64,000 bases of DNA, from IMG/VR virus record IMGVR_UViG_3300019458_000025; one strand, 5' to 3'. This document shows positions 45,334 through 54,669 of the stretch, piece after piece. Source of the DNA: an uncultured virus (IMG/VR IMGVR_UViG_3300019458_000025) (lineage: Duplodnaviria > Heunggongvirae > Uroviricota > Caudoviricetes). A model generated the notes under the pieces. It saw only the letters and a program-made list of their open reading frames with translations, did no database searches and was not told the origin of the DNA. The position numbers and the translations under genes are program-made. Every line of letters starts with the position of its first letter. Positions within the stretch are counted from its first letter, which is position 1.

Positions 45334-45407
45334 GCCCCCATGGTGTAGCAGATGCATCGCTGGCTTCGAACCGGCGGGTCGAGGTGCGACTCCTCGTGGG
45401 GGTTCCA
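45334..45407 (+). tRNA. tRNA-Arg(TCG)
   Basis: Cloverleaf. Confidence 0.8.
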
Positions 45408-45415
45408 GAATTGAG

Positions 45416-45694
45416 ATGAAGACCGTCGTCGTCAACCTCCGGCATGAACCCTTCGACGTCTATATCGGACGCGCGAAAGGCGACGGGGGAATTTTCGGGA
45501 ACCCGTTCGTGATCGGGAAGGATGGCGATCGCGAAGAGGTACTTCGGAGATTCAAGGCGTACTTCCTGGAGCGGGTTGAACGGGACCCCGGTTTCCGTGA
45601 GAAAGTCTTAGCGCTTCGAGGCAAACGGCTCGGATGCTTCTGTGCGCCGCTCGCCTGCCACGGCCGGATCATTGCCGACTACGTGGACGGGTGA
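45416..45694 (+). CDS. DUF4326 protein
   Basis: DVYIGR..FGNPF..LRGKRLGCFCAP.ACHG. Confidence 0.85.
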   Translation: MKTVVVNLRHEPFDVYIGRAKGDGGIFGNPFVIGKDGDREEVLRRFKAYFLERVERDPGFREKVLALRGKRLGCFCAPLACHGRIIADYVDG

Positions 45695-45695
45695 T

Positions 45696-45917
45696 CTACC
45701 GCGGACGCCACCGCTTTCGCGGGTGCTTTTGGCGCTCCGTTTTCAGGATGCGCCCAGTCGGCCCGTCTCGAACGAACGCCATAAGCGCTGTTTGCTCGGC
45801 GAGATCCTTCGCGTACTCGACGGCGTCGTCGTAGTCGTCGAATATCTCGTAGCGATGGTTCGTGGTCGGTTCTACGGCCAGCCACACCTCATAGGGTCCG
45901 CGGTATAATCCCGGCAT
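45696..45917 (-). CDS. Hypothetical protein with C-terminal RKRW
   Basis: MPGLYRGPY..KHPRKRWRPR. Confidence 0.65.
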   Translation of the reverse strand: MPGLYRGPYEVWLAVEPTTNHRYEIFDDYDDAVEYAKDLAEQTALMAFVRDGPTGRILKTERQKHPRKRWRPR

Positions 45918-45965
45918 CCCACTACCCCCCAGGTACGATGCCTGCGTATCAACCTCGACAAGCAC

Positions 45966-46040
45966 GCCCCGGTAGTGTAACAGATCGCACGGCAGTCTCC
46001 GAAGCTGCAAGTGAAGGTGCGATTCCTTCCCGGGGTACCA
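45966..46040 (+). tRNA. tRNA-Arg(CCG)
   Basis: Cloverleaf. Confidence 0.82.
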
Positions 46041-46063
46041 ATAGCCGACGAAAGGAGACGGCC

Positions 46064-46561
46064 GTGTCCCATCCGCTGTGGCCCGACGTCCGCGGAAACG
46101 TCGGGTATCCGAGTCCTCCGCCCGCGGCGCCGAAGGAGCCCGACCGATCGGACCGGGCGTGCAACTGCCCTCATTCCGCCGTGATTCATGGACCAGGTGG
46201 GGGCTGCCGGGGCGCAGGCTGCATGTGCGGATGGGAGCGCGTGAACGGCGCCCTCGTCGAGAAGAACACCGGAGCATCTGGCGCGGAACTCGGAAAACTC
46301 GGGCGCCGTCGCCAGGAGCTTCTCCGGATTCCCTGCTACTACTGCGGTGGGAAGTCCGAGAACCTGGACCATGTGATCCCGCGGTCCCGGGGAGGCGCTG
46401 GTGCCGGGAACAAGGTCGCTTCCTGTATCCGCTGCAACTGCATGAAGTCGAACATGCTTTACGAGGAGTTCATCGAGCAGTGCCGGAAGATCCTGGCGTG
46501 GCACGAGTCGCGCATGCGCGCGCACGCCGCCCGGGACGCCGCGAACGCCCCCGTGGCCTAA
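46064..46561 (+). CDS. HNH endonuclease
   Basis: CYYCG....LDHVIPRSRGG......SCIRCNCMKS; AAGGAG RBS. Confidence 0.8.
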   Translation: MSHPLWPDVRGNVGYPSPPPAAPKEPDRSDRACNCPHSAVIHGPGGGCRGAGCMCGWERVNGALVEKNTGASGAELGKLGRRRQELLRIPCYYCGGKSENLDHVIPRSRGGAGAGNKVASCIRCNCMKSNMLYEEFIEQCRKILAWHESRMRAHAARDAANAPVA

Positions 46562-46623
46562 CTGGATAAGGCTCCCGGCTACGAACCGGGCGACTGAAGG
46601 TTCGAGTCCTTCCGGGGGTACTA
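46547..46623 (+). tRNA. tRNA-Arg(ACG)
   Basis: Canonical cloverleaf, ends ACTA. Confidence 0.88.
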
Positions 46624-46676
46624 ACCCATAAAAAACGTTGATCTCTCCGTTCCGGCCCGATACGATTGGAGGGCGT

Positions 46677-47300
46677 ATGAGCGCGGTCCCGGTCCTTGAG
46701 CGCCCGGCGCTCGTCCTGAACAAGCGCTGGCAGGCCATCCAGGTGACCTCCGTCAAGGAGGCCATCGGACTCGTCTGCAAGGGCAACGCCCGGATCATCG
46801 ACCCGGAGACGTTCCAGGCACATGACCTTGGGTCCTGGGCCGACGTCTCCCGGTCCAGGGAGAAGTTCGAGAAGGCCGTGATCCGGTCGTCGAGGCTGAC
46901 GCTCCTGGCGCCGGAGGTGATCGTCCTCTCGAACTACGACGACCTCGGCCAGCGCTCGGTCGTCTTCTCCCGAAGGAACATCTTCAAGCGGGACAAGTAC
47001 TGCTGCCAGTACTGCGGCAAGCAGTTCAGGTCCGAGCTTGCGATGCACGACCTCACGATCGACCACGTCTGCCCGAAGGCGAAGGGCGGCAAGTCGTCCT
47101 GGGAGAACTGCGTCCTCGCGTGCATCGCCTGCAACAAGAAGAAGGCCGACCGGACGCCGGAGGCCGCGGGCATGAAGCTCAGGAGGCAGCCGAAGAAGCC
47201 CCAGTGGAGCGCGCTCTCGTGCGTCATGCCCGGGAAGCGCCTGAAGTCCTGGGAGCAGTTCATCTCGGACGCCTACTGGGAGGTCGAACTGGAGCCGTAG
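46677..47300 (+). CDS. HNH endonuclease (LVLN/McrA-like family)
   Basis: LVLN..FSRRNIFKRD..CQYCG..TIDHV.P..GG..WENCVLAC..CN. Confidence 0.9.
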   Translation: MSAVPVLERPALVLNKRWQAIQVTSVKEAIGLVCKGNARIIDPETFQAHDLGSWADVSRSREKFEKAVIRSSRLTLLAPEVIVLSNYDDLGQRSVVFSRRNIFKRDKYCCQYCGKQFRSELAMHDLTIDHVCPKAKGGKSSWENCVLACIACNKKKADRTPEAAGMKLRRQPKKPQWSALSCVMPGKRLKSWEQFISDAYWEVELEP

Positions 47301-47374
47301 GTAGCTACGCAACCCAGCGGCCCTGAACCGGGGTCGTGTGGATAGGGGTTGGCCAGAGCGAATGCGGGTTCAGC

Positions 47375-47414
47375 AAGGAATGGCGCTCGTCGAAAGGCGG
47401 GCGCCGTTTCCTTT
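47375..47414 (+). terminator. Terminator closing the tRNA array
   Basis: GGAATGGCGCTCGTC-GAAA-GGCGGGCGCCGTTTCC-TTTT. Confidence 0.7.
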
Positions 47415-47448
47415 TGCCATCAACTGAGAAAATGTTTACAATTGATCC

Positions 47449-47880
47449 GTGGCGATGATCTCGCGTCCGGAAGCCTTCCGCATCCTGAACGACGTCCGGA
47501 GCGCCCTGGCCAATCTCGATCCGAACGACCGGAGCGAGGCGATCCGCGCCGCGCTTATGATCGGATGGGAACTGGCCAGTCTGCTTGTTCTTGTACGAGA
47601 GGAAGAGAAAACACGCAAGATCCCGCTTCGTCGCAAGCGCTGGGGTGAGATGGGCGTAAGCGCAGAGGACGTCCTGGAGATCCTCGACGCGATGGCCAAC
47701 GAGATGGACCAGGCGGAGCCCGTGGAAAAGCAAGACCGGACGACCGTCGCCTTCAAGGTCATCGAGATCGTTCAGGATGCAATCGAGGAGAATCGTCCGG
47801 TTCCCGATTCCCGGAGCCTCATGGGTCTTGCCGTCGCATCGTTCCGGATGGAATGGGGACGCGATCCGCGGGTCGGATGA
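47449..47880 (+). CDS. KRW-motif hypothetical protein
   Basis: LRRKRWGE. Confidence 0.7.
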   Translation: MAMISRPEAFRILNDVRSALANLDPNDRSEAIRAALMIGWELASLLVLVREEEKTRKIPLRRKRWGEMGVSAEDVLEILDAMANEMDQAEPVEKQDRTTVAFKVIEIVQDAIEENRPVPDSRSLMGLAVASFRMEWGRDPRVG

Positions 47881-47886
47881 GGACCG

Positions 47887-48411
47887 ATGGGCGATTACAG
47901 GACGTTTTTCATCGACGGTTTCGGGAACCTTCATTTAGATCACGTAAAAGTCGGGAACCTGGTGGTCGAGCCGTATGGGGCCTTCACGAAAGGTCTGTGG
48001 GAACGGGACAACATGCTTGTGGATCTTTGGGCACACGCCTACAACTCCCTGATCCTCCGCCCGAGCCTGATTCCGCTGAGCGTCCATGCGCGGCGTACCG
48101 CTGACGATCCTCAGGGGCGCGTGAGCGTCGTAGCACTCTTCGACATGTTCAAGGAGTTCGGACGCCGGAAGCGCTGGAAATGGAGGGACGAGCCGCCGGA
48201 GATCCTGGTGAGAGCCTTTCATGTGCTCGCCGACTGGCTCCGGAACGAAGGCCGCGAGGTCCGCGTGAAGACGCCGACGACAAGCTGGCGCTGGGGCGTG
48301 GACGTTCCCGTCCGTTCCGGGCCGGAAGCCTGGGACGTTGCCGACAGGATGGGCGCTTTCATCGAGGGGAGCGTGCTCCGGTCGATCGTGGCCGAGGAAG
48401 GGGTCGGGTAA
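47887..48411 (+). CDS. KRW-family hypothetical protein
   Basis: GAGG RBS; GRRKRWKW. Confidence 0.75.
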   Translation: MGDYRTFFIDGFGNLHLDHVKVGNLVVEPYGAFTKGLWERDNMLVDLWAHAYNSLILRPSLIPLSVHARRTADDPQGRVSVVALFDMFKEFGRRKRWKWRDEPPEILVRAFHVLADWLRNEGREVRVKTPTTSWRWGVDVPVRSGPEAWDVADRMGAFIEGSVLRSIVAEEGVG

Positions 48412-48415
48412 CGGG

Positions 48416-49294
48416 ATGAGGGATGTCTTCGAGGATACGGCCAACGTGAACGCCCATTACTACCTCGATTCCTCCGGCCATGAGATCAGCCGGATGGAAT
48501 TCCTCGGCTACGTCCACGAAGGACAATGGTCGTACATGATCTATGTGGGGGGCGGTTACGTGCCGCTCAAGGTGGCCGTCACCACCGTCAGCCATCGGAG
48601 ACACCATGCTGGAGGAGAAGCCGACGCCATCGAAGCCTTCGAAGAATGGGCGCGGGAAACGCGCCCGGAGGAGATCGGAGAAGGCGAGGACTACGAAAAG
48701 GAGGTTCAGGAAGCCATCGAAGCGGGGGAGGAACCGCCTTCTCCGGAATACGAAGCCCATATCGAGGCCATCCCGGAACGCGCCGGAACCGAACCCGCTT
48801 CGATCGAGAAGGACTTTTACATCGACATCGACGGACAGGTGACGATGGACGGTGTCCTCGTCGGGAACGCCTTGGCCGACGACATCGGACCCGGGCTCAC
48901 CTATACCGATTTCGAACTCCTGAGGCACTGGCGGGATCTCCGCGAACGCATGGATCAGTGGGTGGAAGAGGATCGTCGCATCCCGAAGGGCGTCCTTTAT
49001 GCGCACCGCTTACCCGGGAAAACCGAAGGACGTCTCGGCTTCGGGCTTCGTTTCGGCGCCACCGGGCGTGGCAAGCGCTGGGGTGAAGGGCTTTTGGAGC
49101 ATCTCGGGCGGAACCTCGAAACGCTCGTCCAGAAGCTCATGCGGGTCGAGAAGGTCGAGTCGCAAATCGGCCGCGAGGACGACGAGTACGTGCTTCGCAT
49201 CGAAGACCCCGACTTCGACGGGTTCTCGTTCGTGAGTTTGGCTGCCTACCTAAGACGCCACCAGCTTTTGGAGTATGTGGTCGAGCCCGTATGA
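48416..49294 (+). CDS. KRW-family hypothetical protein
   Basis: GRGKRWGE. Confidence 0.75.
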   Translation: MRDVFEDTANVNAHYYLDSSGHEISRMEFLGYVHEGQWSYMIYVGGGYVPLKVAVTTVSHRRHHAGGEADAIEAFEEWARETRPEEIGEGEDYEKEVQEAIEAGEEPPSPEYEAHIEAIPERAGTEPASIEKDFYIDIDGQVTMDGVLVGNALADDIGPGLTYTDFELLRHWRDLRERMDQWVEEDRRIPKGVLYAHRLPGKTEGRLGFGLRFGATGRGKRWGEGLLEHLGRNLETLVQKLMRVEKVESQIGREDDEYVLRIEDPDFDGFSFVSLAAYLRRHQLLEYVVEPV

Positions 49295-49686
49295 AGACGC
49301 AAAGCCTCGGATCGCTCTGGGAAGACAACGCCATCCAGTTCACCCGCCTGGTCGCGGAGGTCTGGGCTGCCGGACTCACGCCCGGCCAATGGCAGACGCT
49401 CCTCGACGAACTCGAAATGTCGGACCAGCAGTTGACCGATGTTTTCGAAAAGGCCGAGGAGGAATGGGAGAGGCTCAAGGAACAGATCACCCGGCGCCGG
49501 AAACGCTGGCTTCCCGGGGGACTGCCGGTCAACGACCTCTACGCCAAGATCCTCACGATCATCAAGAACTACGGCCTTTTCGTCGATCAGGCCACGGCCA
49601 TCGGGGAGTCGATGGATGTGAAGCGGAAAGAACTCCGGGAGCTACTCGACCGCGCGGCCGAACATTCCATTCTGGCCGGAGACTAG
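49291..49686 (+). CDS. KRW-motif protein with two similar helical halves
   Basis: RRRKRWL in the linker. Confidence 0.75.
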   Translation: MKTQSLGSLWEDNAIQFTRLVAEVWAAGLTPGQWQTLLDELEMSDQQLTDVFEKAEEEWERLKEQITRRRKRWLPGGLPVNDLYAKILTIIKNYGLFVDQATAIGESMDVKRKELRELLDRAAEHSILAGD

Positions 49687-49687
49687 G

Positions 49688-50530
49688 ATGGCAAGGCTCG
49701 ACGACCTCGAAGTGGACGAAGTCCTCGACGACGCGCGCCGCGCGGGCGTCCTGGACATGATCTGGGACTGGTCGGACGCCTATGGGTGGCCGCGCCCGGA
49801 AACGCCGGAGGAAGTGCTCGCGTGGCTTCTTGAGATGATCCGCCATGAGGTGCGCGCGGCCGAATCGGTCTGGTCGGCCTACGAGATCGCCGAGGCCAGG
49901 GAGCGGGTCGCTCTTTTCGAGGAGGTCGTCCGGCGCCTCCGGTCGCTTGAGGTGATCCCGGCGGTCCCGCCATGGGTCGAGGAGCGGCGCCGATGGGGGA
50001 TATCCGGGATGGGCGACCTCGGCATTTTAGAGATCACGCCGAGGGGGGCCGTCCTGATCGACGACATGCCGTGGACGACCTATCGGGGCGATCCGCTCCA
50101 TGCAGGCGATGTCCACGGGGACCCCCGGCTCGTTCGGGATCTCCAGCCCGAAGCCCGGAGGCTCATGCGGCTCTGGACGGAGGTCGTGCCGGAGACGCGC
50201 CACTCGATCTTTGCTCCCATCGCCCGATGGTTCGACGACGAGCCGAAAGGGCGCGTATCCGTCGCCCTTTTCATGCATCCCGTGGAGCCCATGGCCAGGA
50301 AGCGATGGGGAGAGCGGCATGCCAGCCACGCGGAGATCCTTGCCCTTTTCGAGGAATTGGCTGACCGCGTCCAAACGGACATGGGGCGCGAAGCCGAGGT
50401 CAGCCACTGGTACGGGGTCCCCATTCTTGTCGTGGACGTCCGGAGCGGCCGGGACGCTCGGAAGGTCGTCAGCTTTCTCCACGAAGCGACGAAGTTCACG
50501 GAGATCGAAAGGTATGTCCAGGTCTTTTGA
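49688..50530 (+). CDS. KRW-family hypothetical protein
   Basis: ERRRWG and ARKRWG. Confidence 0.75.
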   Translation: MARLDDLEVDEVLDDARRAGVLDMIWDWSDAYGWPRPETPEEVLAWLLEMIRHEVRAAESVWSAYEIAEARERVALFEEVVRRLRSLEVIPAVPPWVEERRRWGISGMGDLGILEITPRGAVLIDDMPWTTYRGDPLHAGDVHGDPRLVRDLQPEARRLMRLWTEVVPETRHSIFAPIARWFDDEPKGRVSVALFMHPVEPMARKRWGERHASHAEILALFEELADRVQTDMGREAEVSHWYGVPILVVDVRSGRDARKVVSFLHEATKFTEIERYVQVF

Positions 50531-50584
50531 AGATCAGGGGCTACCCGGACGCCCCTAGCAGGGGGGGGGACGGAGGAGATCCGC

Positions 50585-50947
50585 ATGCTCGCGACGATTC
50601 TGGCGCCTATCGAGAAGAAATTCAGGGACCTGCTTGATCTCATGGACGTGGACGCAAGCATCGACGAGAGCCGCTTAAAGACGGTCTTCATCTCGACCGA
50701 ACACGACCCGGGGGTGGGCATTCGCGGCGGACCGGTCTTCACGCTATGGTGGGCTCTGGGAACCGGAGTCGAGCGGAAACGCTGGCCGACGCGGATCAAG
50801 GAGGAAGATTTCCCCACGGACATCTTCGTGGTCGAGGAGGATTGGCTCGTCCCGAAGGAGGAGTGGCAGGACGAGATGGACGTGATCCTGGCGAACCGCA
50901 AAATCATCTTCGACGCGATGATGAATTGGTACATGAGGCCGTATTGA
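50585..50947 (+). CDS. KRW-motif hypothetical protein
   Basis: ERKRWP; start uncertain. Confidence 0.7.
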   Translation: MLATILAPIEKKFRDLLDLMDVDASIDESRLKTVFISTEHDPGVGIRGGPVFTLWWALGTGVERKRWPTRIKEEDFPTDIFVVEEDWLVPKEEWQDEMDVILANRKIIFDAMMNWYMRPY

Positions 50948-50956
50948 GGACTGCCC

Positions 50957-51436
50957 GTGCGGGACTACACCTTCAGCATCACAGAGCAGGGCGACGTTTT
51001 CGTGAACGGAGCGTTTTTCTCGGACGTCCGAGACGAGGAGATCATCCAGCAGCTTTTGGGACGCGATCGGACCGCCGCCCGAAAGTGGGATCTGATGAAC
51101 GATTCTCTTGAGCAAGAACCGTTCGTTTCCTTCTTGACCTTCTATCGTCCCGAGGGGCAGGAGGCCCCGCAAATCGAGCTAAGAATCCCGTTCGAAGCCC
51201 GGGACGCCGGAAAGCGGTGGGGTGCGGGAGCAAGGCGCGCTCTGGCGACGGCGCTCGACAGCATGACCTGGGCGCTTTTTGACATCTATGCGATCTCGGG
51301 CGGATACGAGCGCACGAAGAATGGATTCGACGTCACCCTCGACATATCACCGGACCAGAATGTGGCCTCGCTTGCACTTATCCTCCGAGCGATGATCCGA
51401 AAATACCGTCTAGGACGGTCGATGGTGGCACGATGA
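50957..51436 (+). CDS. KRW-family hypothetical protein
   Basis: AGKRWGA. Confidence 0.75.
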   Translation: MRDYTFSITEQGDVFVNGAFFSDVRDEEIIQQLLGRDRTAARKWDLMNDSLEQEPFVSFLTFYRPEGQEAPQIELRIPFEARDAGKRWGAGARRALATALDSMTWALFDIYAISGGYERTKNGFDVTLDISPDQNVASLALILRAMIRKYRLGRSMVAR

Positions 51437-51900
51437 AAAACGCGCTCGTCATCGTCCACCTGTCAAGCCTGGACTCCTACACCTGGCAGGCCGGTGAGGA
51501 CTTGGGCTACGAACTCGCGGCGACAATCGGAGATGCCATCCGCGAGCATCCGGGACCAGTCTACATCATCGACCAGGGATGGGAGTACGCGGGACGGCAG
51601 AGCAAGCCCAGGATGGAAGTCCTGGAAAGCGTCAAGCGCCGGTCGGCGACGCTGCCGCCGGTCTCCTGGATCAAATACGACGAGGCCGATCCGGACGACC
51701 CGGACTGGCCGGAATTCCTTGCCATCCTCACCGATCGGCTCCGTAATGACGGCGTCGGCAAGGTCGAGGTCGGGGGCATCTGGTACGATCCGGCGTTCGA
51801 AAGCGGGTGCGCGACCGAGGTCTATCTTGGCCTCCGGAAACACTTTCCCACGACCGTGAACCGGGACCTCGTGGGGTGCGAGAGCGACATCGAGGAATAG
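51433..51900 (+). CDS. Isochorismatase/cysteine-hydrolase-like fold protein
   Basis: ALVIVH..PVYII..LRNDGVGKVEVGG......CATEV. Confidence 0.55.
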   Translation: MKNALVIVHLSSLDSYTWQAGEDLGYELAATIGDAIREHPGPVYIIDQGWEYAGRQSKPRMEVLESVKRRSATLPPVSWIKYDEADPDDPDWPEFLAILTDRLRNDGVGKVEVGGIWYDPAFESGCATEVYLGLRKHFPTTVNRDLVGCESDIEE

Positions 51901-51909
51901 GGGGGCACC

Positions 51910-52290
51910 GTGCGGACGAGCAAGTACTTCGAGATCACCGAGAACACGGTCAAGCCGCTCGCACCGGAGTACGCCTGGCTCATGGTGGAACAACTCGATG
52001 ACCTGTCATACGTGGGCTTCGATACGGACCCCCTGGGTACCGATCTGGTCCATCTTGTTGATGAGGATGGCCGAGTGTTCGAGCCCGTAACATTGGGCGT
52101 CCCGATCGCCTCCGATGGCTACCTCGAAGGCTGGAGGTTCAGGGGTACATTCGTCTACTGGGACCAGGAACGCGGCTGGGTGGATTGGAAGGATCTTCCG
52201 AGGGAGGTCCAGAAGCGTCTCCTCCCTCATCGCGCCAAGCGCTGGATTCCGGAAGATCGGCCCATTCGCGAACCGAAACGGAGGCGCTGA
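51910..52290 (+). CDS. KRW-motif hypothetical protein
   Basis: RAKRWI near C-terminus. Confidence 0.7.
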   Translation: MRTSKYFEITENTVKPLAPEYAWLMVEQLDDLSYVGFDTDPLGTDLVHLVDEDGRVFEPVTLGVPIASDGYLEGWRFRGTFVYWDQERGWVDWKDLPREVQKRLLPHRAKRWIPEDRPIREPKRRR

Positions 52291-52973
52291 TGGCCGTCGT
52301 CCACCTGGGCAACGCCGTCTTCATCGACAAGACCCCGATCACGCCCGCGGACTGGCGTGGCGAACGTCGGCTCCGGAAACGATGGGGAACGCCCACCCAG
52401 CGCGCCATCGAGTGGCTCGACGAGGCCATGGCCCGCGGGGAGAAGGTCTCGATCAATCCCTGGGTCGAGTTCCCGAGCCTGGAACGCGCCTATGTCGGCG
52501 TCGCCCTCATGATGGACGGCCAGGTCCGCGATACGATCACGCTCAAGGAAGTGCCTTACTTCGAGCCGATGGCGCCCTATCTACCGTACGATCTTATCGA
52601 CTCCGAACTGAAAGACGCCAAGCCCTGGATGTTCGAGGAGATGGGATGGGTGGAGGTGAGGGATAAGGACGACTGGGAGTCGCTCCTGGAGGCCCACAAG
52701 ACCGCCTACAAGAAGGAGGACGAGGACGACCGCTACGAATACGATGGCCCCGGCCTCTACGACGGACGCGACATGACGAAGGCGTACGACTCCGTCGAGG
52801 ACTACGAAGAATCGGTGCTTGAGGACCAGGCGACGGAACTCATCGACTACATGTTCTCGGGCGGCCTCCTCGCGTCCGACCTCAAGGGCGACGAGTGGGC
52901 CAAGGCGTTCGAGAAGCTTGCGCTTGAGGCGGCCGAGGAATCAGGAGAGGAGTACGAAGAGGAATCCGACTGA
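52290..52973 (+). CDS. Highly acidic KRW-motif protein
   Basis: GGAGG RBS; LRKRWGT. Confidence 0.78.
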   Translation: MAVVHLGNAVFIDKTPITPADWRGERRLRKRWGTPTQRAIEWLDEAMARGEKVSINPWVEFPSLERAYVGVALMMDGQVRDTITLKEVPYFEPMAPYLPYDLIDSELKDAKPWMFEEMGWVEVRDKDDWESLLEAHKTAYKKEDEDDRYEYDGPGLYDGRDMTKAYDSVEDYEESVLEDQATELIDYMFSGGLLASDLKGDEWAKAFEKLALEAAEESGEEYEEESD

Positions 52974-52983
52974 AGTACTACCG

Positions 52984-53463
52984 ATGAAGAAGAAGCGGGT
53001 CGAAATCATTCCAGCCGACCGGATCGAAGGGAGCGCCATCTACGTGGTGATGGAAGCTCCGATGCCGGGATGGTTCTGGGAGCATGGCGACCCGAGCGAA
53101 GAGGTGCTTCTGAAGATCCACAAGCGCCTGAGATCCGGCGGTTGGGGACGCGAGAACATCGACACCATCTATTCCTACTTCCAGGAGGCAGTCGAGCCTA
53201 CGTTCGACCTTCCAAAGGGCGGCTTCCGGAAGCGCTGGGGAGAGGCGGCCGTGGTCCCGGACGCCCGCTTCTGGGTCTGGCTGGACAGCGCCTATCTCAT
53301 CGAGAATCCAAGGTTGCTGGAAGACCTGCCGCGGCTCCGCGGGGAAGGCTTCATCATCGACTGGAGGATTTCCGCCGATCGGGGACCGCTCAAGGGAGAG
53401 GAATGGGGACCCGGCACGATGATTTACGATTATTTTGTCGTCGGTCCTCCAGAACGGGAATGA
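52984..53463 (+). CDS. KRW-motif hypothetical protein
   Basis: FRKRWGE. Confidence 0.72.
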   Translation: MKKKRVEIIPADRIEGSAIYVVMEAPMPGWFWEHGDPSEEVLLKIHKRLRSGGWGRENIDTIYSYFQEAVEPTFDLPKGGFRKRWGEAAVVPDARFWVWLDSAYLIENPRLLEDLPRLRGEGFIIDWRISADRGPLKGEEWGPGTMIYDYFVVGPPERE

Positions 53464-53514
53464 TCATCCAGATAACATCGACACCGTCTGCTCCTACTTC
53501 GAGGAGGGCGTCCC

Positions 53515-54153
53515 ATGAGAAAGCTGGAGATGCTCGACGGGATCATCGCGGAACTGCAAAGATCCCCGAATGCTGAGGAGCAGACGATAGGGGAGCTTCT
53601 CGCAAGCGTCCGGACAGGTGGAGGAGGATTTCCGGAGATCACCTCGACCTTGGACGACCTCATTGCAGTGGCCCGTTCGATCAGGCGGGAGATCGGAGCC
53701 TCTAAACGGGGGGGGGCAGGAGTGAACTACGAGGTCTTCGTCGAAGCACCGGCCTCCATCGACGAAACGGGCGAGGTCTCCATCTCGACAGGCGAGCATT
53801 TTTATGCCGCAAGCGCCTTCGGCACGACGAAGGCGATCGGCGACTATCTGCGCGAGCAGGGATTCGGCGGCCTTGGCCGGTACGTGCGATCGCTCAGGAA
53901 ACGAATGGTCGCGTACCTATCCGGTATGGAAGTACCCGCGGAACTCAGGCGGCGCGGATACGGCAGCATGCTCGTTTACTCGCTGCTCCGCGAGTTCGAA
54001 CGCCTGAACATCCAAACGGTGGTGCTGCATGCGAGCCCGTCCCGCGGGATCTCGATGGACTCGCTGGCGGCCTTCTACAAGAGGTTCGGCTTTCGCGACG
54101 TCGATTGCTGCGCCGAGGATGTCTGGCCGGTCATGAGGCTGGACCTGAAATGA
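53515..54153 (+). CDS. GNAT-family acetyltransferase (C-terminal domain)
   Basis: MEVPAELRRRGYGS..FYKRFGF. Confidence 0.8.
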   Translation: MRKLEMLDGIIAELQRSPNAEEQTIGELLASVRTGGGGFPEITSTLDDLIAVARSIRREIGASKRGGAGVNYEVFVEAPASIDETGEVSISTGEHFYAASAFGTTKAIGDYLREQGFGGLGRYVRSLRKRMVAYLSGMEVPAELRRRGYGSMLVYSLLREFERLNIQTVVLHASPSRGISMDSLAAFYKRFGFRDVDCCAEDVWPVMRLDLK

Positions 54154-54668
54154 CGCGGACCGAACGGACCAGCCACTTCTTCATCCACGACTACGGGGTC
54201 GCCTCGTTCACCGTTCCCGAGGGGAAGACGACGGTCCTCGGACGGGTCGGGATCGACGACATCGAGCCGGATCTTTTGGAAGGCGAACGAGGGCTGGCGA
54301 AGCGTTGGAAGGAGACGAGCGACCTCCTCCGGACGAACCGGATCAGGTCCAAAGTGCGTCTCTTCGCCGAGCGGCATTGGGATTTCGACTATGGGTTCCT
54401 CTGGCTTTCCTTCAGCTTCGACCGCGGCCGTGCCCGGAAAAGGTGGGCGCCAGGGCTTCGACCCGAAGACCTGGACGAGGCCGTACGCCGGTTGGCTTAT
54501 CTTATCGAGATGATCCCGCATCGCAGCGCGAGGATCGACAAGTCCCCGGACAAGTGGATCTTCGACATCGAGATCACCGACGAGGAACCCGCGGCACGGT
54601 TCTTCGACGTGTTCTTCCGAGTGCTTTCGCACAACCCCAGCCTCGTGGAATACTTGAGGGGAGCCTGA
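54150..54668 (+). CDS. KRW-family protein, paralog of 33961..34479
   Basis: High visible similarity. Confidence 0.8.
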   Translation: MTRTERTSHFFIHDYGVASFTVPEGKTTVLGRVGIDDIEPDLLEGERGLAKRWKETSDLLRTNRIRSKVRLFAERHWDFDYGFLWLSFSFDRGRARKRWAPGLRPEDLDEAVRRLAYLIEMIPHRSARIDKSPDKWIFDIEITDEEPAARFFDVFFRVLSHNPSLVEYLRGA

Positions 54669-54669
54669 G

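Noticed and set aside
46677..46730. KRW in LVLNKRW counted as a tag
   Set aside because: It lies within the conserved LVLNxxW/Y start of this HNH family; treated as coincidental.
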